Below are positions 36,510 to 50,520 of a stretch of 64,000 bases of DNA, one piece after another. The notes under the pieces are model-generated. The model made no database searches and had not been told where the DNA came from. It saw only the letters and a program-made list of their open reading frames with translations. Every line of letters starts with the position of its first letter. Position 1 is the first letter of the stretch. This DNA comes from Octopus sinensis (taxonomy: Eukaryota): positions 78,926,001 to 78,990,000 of the forward strand of contig NC_043008.1 in the NCBI RefSeq assembly GCF_006345805.1, given 5' to 3'. The position numbers and the translations under genes are program-made.

Positions 36510-36555
36510 ATATTTATATATAGATATTTTATATATATATGTATATATATATATA
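35307..36555. repeat. (TA)n array interrupted by the inverted repeat fragment 36190..36362
   Basis: Read directly. Confidence 0.95.
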
Positions 36556-39500
36556 AGGCCACCCACCTGGTAGACGCCCAGGAAGAAAACTCCAGTGAGA
36601 AACCTGCCCGGGAGGTAAACCCAAGTCCGGGTGCTCCTACCGGCACCAAAAGCCATGGACATGGAGATGAAAGAACCAAAAAAGGAGGAAAAACTAAAAC
36701 CAAAAAACGAAACAGCCAAGGATAGAAGCAAACCTAAGCAGCGCACACGGGTATGTAGGTTCTACCTGAGAGGTGCCTGCCGGCATGGAGAGGAAGGTGC
36801 AGGCTGCCGTTTTGCACATCTGGGAGCCTGCCGCAGAAACCAACCACCGAAAGGAAAAGGGATGGACCACGCACCACCGGCCCCAAAACGGAGGTACGCA
36901 GATGTGGTGCGTGCCACAAACCGCCAACGTGTTGTTGAAAGGGCAGCTGCTGAACTAGAATCTTTTTTGTGCATGGCACAAAAGATTGTACAGCAGCTAA
37001 CCTGGCTCCATCAAACTCAAGCTCGCAGATGGGACTACCCACAGTTCACAAGATCACCACAGCAAATAGACCCAAGGTGGACACCACCGGCAACAGCATA
37101 CACCTCACCTCGATGCTCCTAATGAACATCAGAGGACTACTAACACACAGTAACAGGACAAAAGTCCCGTTCCTGGGAGACTTTGTCGCATGCAATCAAG
37201 CCTTATGCATAGCACTTACGGAAACACACCTGAAACCGGACATAGCGGATGCGGAAGTACACATACCACAGTATGTTGTACTACGGACCGACAGAAAAGA
37301 AAGGAGTCATGGAGGAGTTGCTATGTACATCCGCGAGGACCTCACACCCCAGGTCCTTTTGTCATACTCAAACTCGGTGTGTGACACACTAATTGTACAT
37401 GTAAGGCAACTTGGTGTAGTTGTGTGTGCTACATATCGCCCTCCAGATGCCCCAAGCCATATGGGCAAGTTTGAAGACTGCCTTATAAAAATAGAAGAAG
37501 CTCTAACCACATTAGAACAACACATAAGTGTACTTCTTATGAGAGACTTCAACCTGCCCAATGTCAGATGGCCCGAGGGCTTTTCTCTCCCAGGAATGAC
37601 ACGATGTGAACGGGGACAGGCGAGGTCCCGCCTGAACCTCATCAACACCCTGTACATGGAGCAAGTAATACTCCAACCAAACAGGGCAGGTAACACACTG
37701 GATCTCTGCTTCACAAATAACATGGATCTCATCCATAATGTGAAAGTGACGCCGACACTACTCTCGGATCACAACATGGTAGAGCTGACCATGTACGGAC
37801 CAAAGGAAAACAATGGACATGCAGCCTACAAGAAACTCTCAAATCTTTCCAGCTTGAACTTCAATAAGGCAAACTGGAAACAAATTGAGAAAGAGATCCT
37901 CAACAAAAAACTGGCCTGAATGTCTCTCCTCGCCGGACATCGACATGAAACTTCAACAATTCATGTCTGTAATGCAAGCATATGCTACAAATGTGTCCCA
38001 GAGAGAAAGGCCACTATACACAAACAAAATCCCCAGAGAGAGGAAAATTCTAATGAGACGGCGCAGAGAAATCTCAAATCGCCTAAACAAACAAATTGAA
38101 AGCATTGAAAAGTCCCCCTGAAAATGAAACTGTTGGAAATTGAAAACTGTCTGCAACTCTCCCATGAAAAGGAAGAGCAGACAAGAAGCCTGGGCTATAG
38201 ACACATAAAAATCTAACCCCAGAGCTTTCTACAGGTATGCCAAAGAAACAGCTACGGTGCACTGTAGAATAGGGCCACTCCTTGAAAGGGATGGCACACT
38301 CACAGGAAATCCAATGAGGGTAAGTGAAATACTAAATGAGCAATTCAAGAGTGTTTTCACCCCACCCCTGGGCCATTCCAAATCACCAATCCAACTGACT
38401 TCTTCACCACTGCAGATATGGGGTCAGAGACGGCGATGATTGATTACATCAATATAAAGGAAGACGATGTAATAAAGGCTATAGATGAGATGGAAACAAA
38501 CTCAGCTACTGGCCCCGATGGATTCCCAGCAATCCTTCTAAAAGTATGTAGAGGGTCCTAGCAATGCCACTGCGGTCTCTCTTTCAGAGCTTCCTTGCAA
38601 CTAGCAACTTCCAAGTACTGAAGGAAGGTAAAATATGCCCTATTCATAAAGGAGGTAGCAGAGCGGAGGCCAAGAACTACAGACCTGTCTCCCTAACCTC
38701 ACACTCAGCAAGGTCATGGAACGAATACTCAGAAGGAAACTAATCACCTTCCTTGAAGAAAATGACTTGCTGCCTGACACCCAACATGGTTTCCGACCAG
38801 GAAGAAGCTGCTTAACTCAGCTCTACAACACTATGACTGGGTGCTGAAACAACTGCTCAACCACTCAAATGTGGAAGTCATATATCTCGACTTTGCAAAG
38901 GCCTTTGATAAAGTCGATCATGGAATGATATGTCACAAACTGCGTGATCTTGGCATAGTTGGAAAATTGGGAGAATGGCTTCATGACTTTCTGAAGAATA
39001 GAAGTCAGGTGGTAGTAGCCAATGGGGCCACTTCCATTAACACGCAAATAGTGAGCGGTGTTCCGCAGGGCACTGTTTTGGGACCACTACTGTTCATAAT
39101 GGCCCTCTCAGACATGCCCTCAGCCACGCAGAGAGCCACAATCACAAGTTATGCAGATGATACAAAATTCTCACAGGCAATACAGAACCCTGAGGACACT
39201 AAGCACCTGCAATGTGAAAAGAATAGCATGCAGTTCAATGCTGAAAAGTTTCAAGCTTTATACTATCAGCATGCAAAACTGAATGCAATACCCAATGAAT
39301 ACACTGGACCCGGAGGGATTGCAATCCCAGAGGCACAATCAGTGCGTGACTTGGGTATTCACATGAGTGATGACGCGACCTTTCATGTACATGTTGCTAA
39401 ACTGGCAATGAAATGTAGACGGCTGGCTGGATGGATTCTTAGAACCTTTAGAACAAGAGAACAAGAAACCATGATGGTCCTCTGGAAGACACTTGTTCTA

Positions 39501-40125
39501 ATCCACTTTGACTATTGCTCTCAGCTATGGTCACCATCCAGTGTCAAGATGATCACAGAACTTGAGGCAATCCAACGAAGCTACACGAAGAAGATAGCCT
39601 CTGTGCAGCATATGAGCTACTGGGAAAGACTCAAGAGATTAAAGCTCTATTCCCTGGAGCGTAGGAAAGAAAGATATGCCATAATATATATCTGGAAGAT
39701 CCTGGAAGGACTTGTCTCAAACTTTGGCATCGAGAGTCACACAAATGCCAGAATCGGGCCCCACTGCGTAGTACCAAGGACTCCAAATTTGCCATCAAGA
39801 TGTAGGACAAGATATTGTGATAGCCTGGGCTTCAGAGGCCCACAGCTCTTCAATATCCTCCCAAAGAACCTGAGGGACCTGCATGGTGTAGATGCGGATG
39901 TCTTTAAAGTAGGACTGGACCTCTTCCTGTCAGGTGTCCCGGATGAACCAACTTCACGGCAGGAGGTGCAGATGAGGGCAGCTGCATCGAACTCTCTCAT
40001 GCATCAGATGGCGTTTGCTAAAAAGCATCCGTGAGGTAAAATCGTGTAGCAAACCAAATGGCGGTGCCCCAGCATGGCCACAGCTCATTAGCTGAAACTG
40101 GAAAAATCAAAATCAAAATCAAAAT
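36556..40125 (+). mobile_element. CR1/L2-group LINE copy 2, 5'-truncated within ORF1, several frameshifts
   Basis: ORF1 remnant 36631..37122 with CCCH; APE 36969..37919; RT 38841..40034; (ATCAAA)n tail; (TA)n flanks. Confidence 0.92.
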
Positions 40126-40132
40126 ATATATA

Positions 40133-40166
<34 letters not shown>

Positions 40167-40201
40167 CATATATATATAATATAATATATATATATAATAT
40201 A

Positions 40202-43200
40202 TGCAGGCTGCCGCTTTGCACATCCGGGAGCCTGCCACAGAAAAAACCACCGAAAGGAAATGGAATGGACCACACATCACCTGCCCCAAAACGGAGGTAC
40301 GCAGATGTGGTGCGTACCACAAACCACCAACGTGTTGTTGAAAGGGCAGCTGCTGAGCAGGAATCTTTTTTGTGCATGGCACAAAAGATTATACAGCAGC
40401 TAACCTGGCTCCATCAGGCTCAGGCTCGCAGATGGGACTGCCCACAGTTCACAAGACCGCCACAGCAGATGGACCCAGGGTGGACACCGCCGGCAACAGC
40501 ATACACCTCACCTCGATGCTCCTACTGAACATCAGAGGACTACTAACACACAGTAACAGGACAAAAGTCCCGTTCCTGAGAGACTTTGTCGCATGCAATC
40601 AAGCCTTATGCATAGAACTCACAGAAACGCATCTGAAACCGGACATAGCAGATGCGGAATTACACATACCACAGTATGTTGTACTACGGACCGACAGAAA
40701 AGAAAGGAGTCATGGAGGAGTTGCTATGTACATCCGCGAGGACCTCACACCCCAGGTCCTTTTGTCATAGTCAAACTCGGCGTGTGACACACTAATTGTA
40801 CACATAAGGCAACTTGATGTAGTTGTGTGTGCTACATATCGCCCTCCAGATGCCCCAAGTCATATGGGCAAGTTTGAGGACTGCCTTTTAAAAATAGAAG
40901 AAGTTCTAATCACATTAGAACAACACATAAGTGTACTTCTCATGGGAGACTTCAATCTACCCAATGTCAGATGGCCCGAGGGCCTTCTCTCCAGGAATGA
41001 CAAGATGTGAACGAGGACAGGCGAGGTCCCTCCTGAACTCATCAACACCCTGTACATGGAGCAAGTAATACTCAAACCAACCAGAGCAGGTAACACACTG
41101 GATCTATGCTTCACAAATATATGGATCTCATCCATAATGTGAAAGTGACACGACACTACTCTCGGATCACAACATGGTAGAGCTGACCATGTACGGGCCA
41201 AAAGAGAGCACGGACATGCAGCCTACAAGAAACCCTCAGAATCTTTCCAGCTTGAACTTCAATAAGGCAAACTGGAAAACAATTGAGAAAGAGATCCTCA
41301 AACAAAAACTGGCCTGAATGTCTCTCCTCGCCGGACATCGACATGATACTTCAACAATTCATGTCTGTAATGCAAGCCATATGCTACAAATGTGTCCCAG
41401 AGAGAAAGGCCACTGTACACAAGAACAAAATCCCCAGAGAGAGGAAAATTTAATGAGACGGCGTACAAAAATTTCAAATCGCCTAAACAACAAAATTGAA
41501 AGCAGTGAAAAGTCCCGCCTGAAAATAAAAACTGTTGGAAATTGAAAATTGTCTGCAACTCTCCCATGAAAAGGAAAGAGCAGACAAAGAAGCCTGGGCT
41601 ATAGACAACATAAAAACTAACCCCAGAGCTTTCTACAGGTATGCCAAAGAAACAGCTACGGTGCACTGTAGGATAGGGCCACTCCTTGAAAAGGATAGCA
41701 CACTCACAGGAAAACCAATGAGGGTAAGTGAAATACTGAATGAACAATTCAAGAGTGTTTTCACTCCACCCCTTGGGCATTTCCAAATCAGCAATCCAAC
41801 TGACTTCTTTACCACTGCAGATATAGAATCAGAGGCGGCGACGATAAATTACATCGATATAAAGGAAGACGATGTAACCAAGGCTATAGATGAAATGAAA
41901 ATAGACTCAGCTATTGGCCCCGATGGATTCCCGGCAATCCTCCTAAAAGTATGTAAGAGAGTCCTAGCAAGACCACTGCAGTTCCTCTTTCAGAGCTTCC
42001 TTGCAGCTGGAAAACTTCCAAGAAAACTGAAGGAAGGTAAAATATGCCCTATTCATAAAGGAGGTAGCAGAGCGGAGGCCAAGAACTACAGACCTATCTC
42101 TCTGACCTCACACATCAGCAAGGTCATGGAACGAATAGTCAGAAGGAAACTAATCACCTTCCTTGAAGAAAATGACTTGCTGCCTGACACCCAACATGGT
42201 TTCCGACCAGGAAGAAGCTGCTTAACTCAGCTCCTGCAGCACTATGACTGGGTGCTGAAACAACTGCTCAACCACTCAAATGTGGAAGTCATATATCTCG
42301 ACTTCGCAAAGGCCATCGATAAAGTCGATCATGGAATGATATGTCACAAACTGCGTGATCTTGGCATAGTTGGAAAACCAGGAGAATGGCTTCACGACTT
42401 TCTGAAGAATAGAAGTCAGGTGGTAGCAGCCAATGGGGTCACTTCCATTAGCACGCAAATAGTGAGCGGTGTTCCACAGGGCACTGTTTTGGGACCACTA
42501 CTGTTCATAATGGCCCTCTCAGACATGCCCTCAGCCACGCGGAGAGCCACGATCACAAGTTATGCAGATGATACAAAAGTTTCACAGGCAATACAGAACC
42601 CTGAAGACACTAAGCACCTGGACGAAATATACAAGTGGGCTGAAAAGAATAGCATGCAGTTCAATGCTGAAAAGTTTCAAGCTTTATACTATCAGCATGC
42701 AAAACTGAATGCAATACCCAATGAATACACTGGACCCGGAGGGATTGCAATCCCAGAGGCACAATCAGTGCGTGACCTGGGTATTCACATGAGTGATGAC
42801 GCGACCTTTCATGTACATGTTGCTAAACTGACAATGAAATGCAGACGGCTGGCTGGATGGATTCTTAGAACCTTTAGAACAAGAGAACAAGAAACCATGA
42901 TGGTCCTCTGGAAGACACGTGTCCTAAGCCACTTTGACTATTGCTCTCAGCTATGGTCACCATCCAGTGTCAAGTTGATCACAGAACTTGAGGCGATCCA
43001 ACGAAGCTACACGAAGAAGTTAGCCTCTATGCAGAATGTAAGCTACTGGGAAAAACTCAAGAGATTAAAATTATATTCCCTGGAGCGTAGGCGGGAAAGA
43101 TACGCCATAATATACATCTGGAAGGTCCTGGAGGGAAGTGTCCTGAACTTTGGCATCGAGAGTTACGCAAATGCCAGAACTGGGCGCCACTGCGTGGTGC

Positions 43201-43551
43201 CTAGGACTCCAAACTTGCCATCAAGATGTAGGACAAGATTCTGTGATAGCCTGGGCTTCCGAGGCCCACAGCTCTTCAATATCCTCCCGAAGAACCTGAG
43301 AGACCTGCATGGGGTGGATACAGATGTCTTTAAAATGAAGCTGGATCTCTTCCTGTCAGGTGTCCCAGATGAACCAACTTCACGGCAGGAGGGGCAGATG
43401 AGGGCAGCTGCATCGAACTCTCTCATGCACCAAATAGCAGTTGCTAGAAAGCCTCCATGAAGTGAAACCAAGTAGCAACACCAAATGGCGGTGCCCCAGC
43501 ATGGCCACAGCTCATAAGCTGAAACTAGAATCAATCAATCAATCAATCAAT
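40202..43551 (+). mobile_element. CR1/L2-group LINE copy 3, 5'-truncated, RT frame open for 641 codons
   Basis: Starts inside the CCCH finger; APE broken; 41535..43460 has all RT motifs; (ATCA)n tail; (TA)n flanks. Confidence 0.92.
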
Positions 43552-43588
43552 ATATCTAATATATATATATATATATATAATATATATA

Positions 43589-43637
<49 letters not shown>

Positions 43638-43915
43638 ATATATATATATATAATATATATATATAAATATATATATATATAATATATATTATATATATAA
43701 TATATATTATATATATAATATATATACCTACATATATATATATAATATATATAATAGACCTTTATATAAATAAATAACGTGAAATACACGAAGAGACGAA
43801 CAAAAAGACAAACAAGTCATTCAAGCCTTCATTCTTCAGTCAGAAACTGATCCCTCATCGCAGATTTCGGCTGTTTAATTCTGATATATATATATATAAT
43901 ATATACCTATATACA

Positions 43916-43975
<60 letters not shown>

Positions 43976-44033
43976 CATATATACATATATAATATATATA
44001 CCTATATACATATACATATATAATATATATACC

Positions 44034-44067
<34 letters not shown>

Positions 44068-44545
44068 ACGGGAAGCTTTATGAAAATAAACAAAAGGCGA
44101 AGGCAGGTGGAAAACAAACGAACAATTGTATTAGTATGGCGCTCAGGAAATATAAATAAAACAAGTCTTTAACGTTTCGAGCCTACGCTCTTCAACAGAA
44201 AGATACACAGAGAGAGAAAAACACAGAAAGAAGGAGAGAAAAAAAATGCGTGCAGTAGCTAACGAATCAACATGGCGATCTGATTTCGGCCAGAGGTCAA
44301 AGATCAAACATGAGACGCGAGAGCGAAATAAGGGGAGAAAATAAAAATACAACAAACGGGACAGTTTATGCGAACAAGTTCAAGGTTGAAAGTTCAAGGT
44401 AAGAAATGTGTAGACGTCGTGGTATATTTTTTAAGGATTTCACATCAATGCAAAGTCACTTTGATCCGCGAAAGAGAGGTGCAGCCGATGGTAAGTATCC
44501 AAGAGGTAAAGAAAATCCAAGGTAGAGGTAAGTGTTGATAGTGGT
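44068..44545 (-). mobile_element. PLE pLTR-like repeat, copy 2
   Basis: Near-identical to 28555..28870 and extending further; hammerhead-like motif at 44166..44203. Confidence 0.6.
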
Positions 44546-44788
44546 ATTGGTAGAATATATATATATATATACGTTCATATATAATATCTATACCTATATA
44601 TATATACATATACATATATATATATATATATAATATATATACCTATATACATATATATACCTATATACATCTATATATATATATACATATATATATATAT
44701 AATATATATACCTATATACATATATATACCTATATACATATTATATACCTATATACATATAATACCTATATACATATATATATATACC

Positions 44789-44829
<41 letters not shown>

Positions 44830-44904
44830 AATATTAGGGAATAAATCCAAAATTACAGGGAAAAAATCAGATTTAGGATTAAATCCAATTTTATAGTAAA
44901 ATAT

Positions 44905-44976
44905 TATATAATATTAATTCTAGACAAAACCACTATTTTGCAAAATAGTGGTTTTGTCTCGAATTAATATTATATA
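44905..44976. repeat. 72-bp loopless palindrome with one mismatch
   Basis: Centre ttttg|caaaa at 44940/44941; only mismatch 44921/44960. Confidence 0.9.
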
Positions 44977-45028
44977 TATATATATATACATATATAATAT
45001 ATATACTTATATACATATATATATATAT

Positions 45029-45059
<31 letters not shown>

Positions 45060-45112
45060 CCTATATACATATATATACCTATATACATATATATACCTAT
45101 ATACATATATAT

Positions 45113-46099
45113 TGTTATGGTTTGGCTAGTGCAGTATTTCTTGACCCACTTTGTGGGAGTGGCGCCGGCACGTCTGGAAGAAAAGCAACAGCCCTTTGTT
45201 TACTGGAAGAGTAATGGCTTTTTGGAGGGAACTTTTGGCCTTGTGCGGTCGATTGGGGGTCAGAGAGAAGAGAGGGCCGAAGAAGAGGAAAGTAGTGAGA
45301 AAGATAGAGTAAGGAATCTGAGAGCAGATAGAAAGGATATTAGCAGTGAGAGAGGATGAGGGGCAGAGGAAGACAGGCAGAGAGTATGGCAGAGCTAAGG
45401 GAGAGAGTGATTGCGAGAGACAGATTGAGGGGTAGTGATAGAGGGACAGTCGGGTATTCGGTCGTCAAAGCGAACAGTTCGGATTTTGGAAGTCAGGGCG
45501 AGCAGTTGGAATTTTAGGAGCAAGCGGTTGGGATTCAGGAGCTAGGCAAGTTGGAGTTAGCGGCACAGGGAGAGATGAAGTGCAATATGGGACACTGGCT
45601 ATTCTAATTAGGAATTAAGGTATTTAATTGTATTGATACGTGTTACGATGTAAAAGAAAAAAAGAGAGAGAAAAAGAAGGACTCTGATGTAGTCGTTGGG
45701 GACTTTGAATTGTAACGTGAATTGTTGTGATACGAACATTGTATAATGAACAATTGAACTGTTAGGCCTTTAATGTTTCTTCGGACGTGTACCTTTGAAA
45801 TAGAACTGTTGTCTCCGGACTGTTATATTGTTACTTGCATTGTTTAAATGCTTTGATCTGTTGTATACCTGTATTGATTTGTTGTTTCCTTTAAATGCTT
45901 TGATGTTATAACAATTGATTGTCATATAAACTAGTTCTTAAATGTAAGCCAGTTGTTGCCTTGCCGTTTTGTGTCTCTCTCGGTTGCCTCTGTATCTCTC
46001 TGTGCTGCTGTTGTTGTTGTATCTCTCCTCTCTCCTCTCCGACGGGTTCCGTGGCGAACTTGCCCGTTCGGGCGAGCGGCGACGGGTGATTCCGTAACA
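45113..46099 (+). mobile_element. Solo LTR (~987 bp)
   Basis: TG...CA ends with terminal inverted tgttatgg/ccgtaaca, ATAT on both flanks (4-bp TSD, ambiguous in a TA array), no coding capacity. Strand is tentative. Confidence 0.75.
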
Positions 46100-46145
<46 letters not shown>

Positions 46146-46221
46146 TACCTATATACATATATATACCTATATACATATATATATATCTGGGATCTTTCTT
46201 TCCTCTCTCTTCCTTCTTTAT

Positions 46222-46256
46222 GTTTCCGACGAAGAGCTCCGCTCGAAACGTCATAC
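46222..46256 (+). ncRNA. Degenerate minimal hammerhead-like motif in a PLE pLTR-like fragment (46187..46345)
   Basis: CCGACGA-A GAGC-tcc-GCTC GAA ACGT C; U4 changed to C and stem I imperfect; downstream ttttctgagcgcc..aatactgtaattgtt resembles the 28555 family. Confidence 0.45.
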
Positions 46257-46342
46257 CTCCCTGCTTCCATTTTCTGAGCGCCTATTAATAATAATACTGT
46301 AATTGTTCCATTGTTGTTGTTTTTTTGTTTCCCGTTTGGATT

Positions 46343-46389
<47 letters not shown>

Positions 46390-46393
46390 TATA

Positions 46394-48139
46394 TCTCTTA
46401 TTATAAAAGGCAGATTTTATCTGCCTCCCTTTGTCTCTTATAGAAATCTACAATATAGGATTTCTTCAATTACAATTTACCTAGCATTTTTAAGAGTAGA
46501 ATGCATCGGGTCGTGCCAGGTCCGGTTTTTAAAATTTCAACCCCAATTAAGCAAAATTTAGAGAAAACTCACATTGTGGTGTATAAGTCAAATGCTTTTC
46601 TTAGTGTGGGCTACAGCACACGCACACACACACAAACGGAGCGAACTGTTTCACTGACGCTATCACACTAATTTCTCCTCCTTCCTCTTTGCAAGTGTGC
46701 AACGATTAAAGTGAAAGTAATTCACTTTTTGTAGTGAGTGACTCTTTCACTCTGCATTCCCACTTCCTCTTTACACACATAGACACGCAAATATATAAAT
46801 AAAATTGTAAGCTAACGTGTGTGTGTGTGTGTGTGTGCGTGTGTGTGAGTGTGTCTGTGTGTGCGTGTGTGTGTGTGTGTGTGTGTGCGTGTGTGTGAGT
46901 GTGTGACAGGAAAGATTTTTAGAGGTAACCTTTCACTCCATACAAAGTTTTTTAGGACGAATATAAGATCTAAAGTTATCTCTAAGTAGCACAAAGATCG
47001 CCCAAAAGTGTATATAGATATTTAAATGTATTTATATATTCATCTATACACAGATGTATGTATAATGTGTGTGTATATATTTCCATAGAGGTAACCATTC
47101 ACTCCGCACAAAGTTTTTTAGGACGAAAATAAGATCTAAAGTTATCTCTAAGAAACAGAAAGATCGCCCAAAAGTGTATATAGATATTTAAATGTATTTA
47201 TATATTCATCTATACACACTTGTATGTATAATGTGCGTGTATATATTTCCATAGAGGTAACCATTCAATCCATACAAAGTTTTTAGGACGAAAATATTTA
47301 TATATAAAAGAAAGGTTGTGTGTCTGTCTACTCCGATTTATATTCCTAACTACTCCCATATTTTGCGATGCAGTTTAACAAAAACCGGGTATCTTATAGT
47401 CCTGATTCATATCGAGCCCTTCTGGGTATTAGCGCGCGTCTACGATGAGTCTACGATTTTACAAATAATTTACCATCATTTTTTTCCATTTTAATGCATA
47501 TTTTTTAATAAAGGGAAGTAACTCTCAAACTTCACACCAATATGCGTGCTCATATGCGACGTAATAACACATCAGCAGCATTTCCTCACACCCTCCTTGC
47601 ACTTGGCGAAGGCAAAATACCAGGGGATGAAAATGGTAATATTGCCATCGATTCCATTTGTACCATTGTTAAGACGCCTTCTGATCTCAGAGATGCAGTG
47701 TTCCCAGATCTACAAGCTAATTATCAGAATATGGATTGGATTGGCAAAAAGGCTATACTGGCCCCGAGGAATAAAACTGTTCACCATATTAATGATGAAA
47801 TGCTAAAACTCATTCCTGGGGAAGTCTATGTATATCAGTCTATCGATACAACTCCTGACCCAGAGGACGTCATCAACTATCCAATAGAGGTACTCAATTC
47901 CTTTGAGCACCCCGGACTACCACCACACTTTCTCAAACTTAAAGTTGGTGCCCCTATAATGCTCATCAGAAATTTGGTTCCCCCAAAACAATGCAATGGC
48001 ACACGTTTGATTGTTAAGTCCTTATCTCCCACCGTAAACTTATATCAATATTTGCCTGAATAATCATCATAATTCAGTGCAATCATTAACAGTACTTTCA
48101 AGCAATTCAGCCCCGAGCAACGCCGGGCAATTCTGCTAG
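46394..48139 (+). mobile_element. Composite Helitron: H2 5' module (46394..47296, with internal ~190-bp duplication) + long form (47297..48139)
   Basis: 5' TC, 3' hairpin 48112..48127 + CTAG at 48136..48139 followed by T; helicase fragment 47542..48063. Confidence 0.75.
47542..48063 (+). pseudogene. Helitron PIF1-family helicase fragment (173 aa)
   Basis: Differs from 4087..4608 at only about four residues. Confidence 0.85.
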
Positions 48140-48201
48140 TATATATATATAAATAAAAACTGGGAGAAGAGAAATAGAGAAATAACGTTTGCGTTCGGTC
48201 A

Positions 48202-49113
48202 TATAGTAATATAATAAATAAATAAAATATATGCATATATACATACATATATGTACATACTTACATCTACATGTATATATACATGCATACATACATATGT
48301 ATGAGTACAGGACACCACAAATAAACGTAGAACACAACGAGAGACGAGAACATAAAATCAAACAAGGAAACGGACTTTTTTTAAACAACGAAAAAACAGA
48401 GTACAGGACAAACAATACAAGGAAAATTCCCCTTCATCAGCTTTCCCTGGTTCGACTCAAAGTGTGTTTCAAAGGTAAGGACAGAACACAGTCGAAGCAG
48501 TCCTTCCTGCAAAAGGAATTAAATAAAATTATTTTGCAGAGGGGTAAAACAAGTGACAAAAACAGGACGTAAAAGCAATACAAATGAAGAAAAAACAAGC
48601 GTTCTAACTAATTTTTCCACCGTCCAGGCAAAAAAAGCCCTTATTGTCTGTTTCCTGTTCTGTTTCTTTATTATACTGTTTTTTCTTCATTTTATTGTAC
48701 TGTTTCTTCTTCATTTGTATTGTTTTTTCTTCATATGTATTGCTTTTATGTCCTGTTTTTGTCACTTGTTTTACCCCTCTGCAAAATAATTTTATTTAAT
48801 TCCTTTTGCAGGAAGGATTGCTTCGACTGTGTTCTGTCCTTACCTTCGAAACACACTTTGAGTCGAACCAGGGACAGCTGATGAAGGGGAATTTTCCTTG
48901 TATTGTTAGTCCTCTACTGTTTTTTCGCTGTTTAAAAAAAGTCCGTTTCCTTGTTTGATTTTATGTTCTCGTCTCTCGTTGTTTTCTACGTTTATTTGTG
49001 GTGTCCTGTACTCATATATATATATATATATGTATGCATGTATATATACATGTAGATGTAAGTATGTACAAATATGTATGTATATATGCATATATTTTAT
49101 TTATTTATTATAT

Positions 49114-49120
<7 letters not shown>
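48202..49120. repeat. Imperfect fold-back repeat, ~400-bp arms
   Basis: 48202..~48598 is the reverse complement of ~48720..49120 with scattered mismatches. Confidence 0.85.
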
Positions 49121-49171
<51 letters not shown>

Positions 49172-49174
<3 letters not shown>

Positions 49175-50520
49175 GGTGAGAATCATGACGCCTCTTTGTG
49201 AGAAATAAACTGGACCAAGCAATTATAAATAGTAGCAGGTGGAGTAAAGCTTGTGTGTTAATTCGAGTTGAGTTCACAGCAAAGTCAGAAGGTGTCAGTT
49301 GGTTAGTTCCTTTGGAATATTGATTGTGGGATCATTACGTTGTTATTACTGTCGCATTGTTATCTTGTTTGCTGTTACTACACTGGTACAGTGTATCTTA
49401 ACAATCTGTCACAATATTGTGGCAGTACCACAACATTGGACACAGAGAATACAACATTCTGGCAACAAGGGTGTCGAAGCTCACGCAAGCTATTTAACAA
49501 TTTGTTCATGATACAACTTGTTAAATGATGAAAGATCTATTAGCTTCTATAATACAGCTGCAAAAGCAACAAGAACAGCAACAGGAGTTGTAGAAGCAAC
49601 TAGTACAGCAACAACTACAACAACAATTATTGGCACTATATGCAAAGAACTCCGAGAATGAGGTAAGTTTGTTTTCATTGGACAGCATATCGAACTCCAT
49701 AATGGAATTCAGTTATAACCCACATGAGGGAATAATTTTTGCAGCAAACTACAGAAGGTATGAGGAGATTTTTAAGGAAGATTGCAAAACATGGTCGGAT
49801 AAAGAAAAAGTAAGGTTTGCATTATTTAAATTAGCTCCGTCTGAGCATGAACGATACTGTAATTTCATATTGCCCAAAAAGTCTAGTGAAATTTATTTTC
49901 AGGAAACAATCAAATTACTGTCTAGCATGTTTGGTGATAAAACTTCTCTATTTAACATCCGAATGGATTGTTGGAATTTAACTAAAAAAAAAAAAGAGGA
50001 CTATGACTTTATTACATATGCAGGAACAGTCAGCAGAATGTGTGAAAGTTTTAAACTTAAAGAATTTACTCCTGAGATATTTAAGTGCCTCATTTTTGTA
50101 CAAGGCCTTACAGCAAATGCCGATACAGAATAACAGGCAAGAATTCTTTCAAAAGTTGAACAAGAAAACCAAGATTTAACCCTGCAGATTGTTGCAGAAG
50201 AGTGTCAATGGATGCTGAACCTAAAACACAATGTAAGAAAAATTCAAGTAAAGGATTTCGCAAAAATACAGATATGTCAACCAAGAAAGTATAACCAAAG
50301 AAGATTGCTAGGTCTTAATCCATGTTATGGATGTGGAGGCCTACATTTCAGAAAAGATTGTCCTTTTAAAAATCAAAAATATTACAGTTGTCAAAAATTT
50401 GGACACAAGAGTTCATACTGCAGAAGATCAAATGGAAAAAAATTCTAAAGTGTTTTCAGTAGAAAGTAAAATTGACTACTAAATAAGGAAATTTGTACAC
50501 GTAAAAGTAAACAGAGTAAA
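49172..50520 (+). mobile_element. gag: 5' LTR + gag of a Mag-like Ty3/Gypsy element, 3'-truncated
   Basis: TG at 49172 after (TA)n; LTR ends at 49432 (accaca) or 49456; PBS-like tggcaacaag 49460..49469; gag 49630..50448 with one stop, FSYNP..G..F...Y.RYE.IF, FKCLIFVQGL and CCHC knuckles CYGCGGLHFRKDC. Confidence 0.8.

Noticed and set aside
43820-43885. ccgaaa / gatgagg / ctgaaga motifs in a short unique island
   Set aside because: Order and pairing do not give a hammerhead fold.
48835-48900. GAAA...GUC...CUGAUGA arrangement suggesting a type II hammerhead (also in the opposite arm)
   Set aside because: No stem I pairing between GUC and the core, and stem III has a mismatch.
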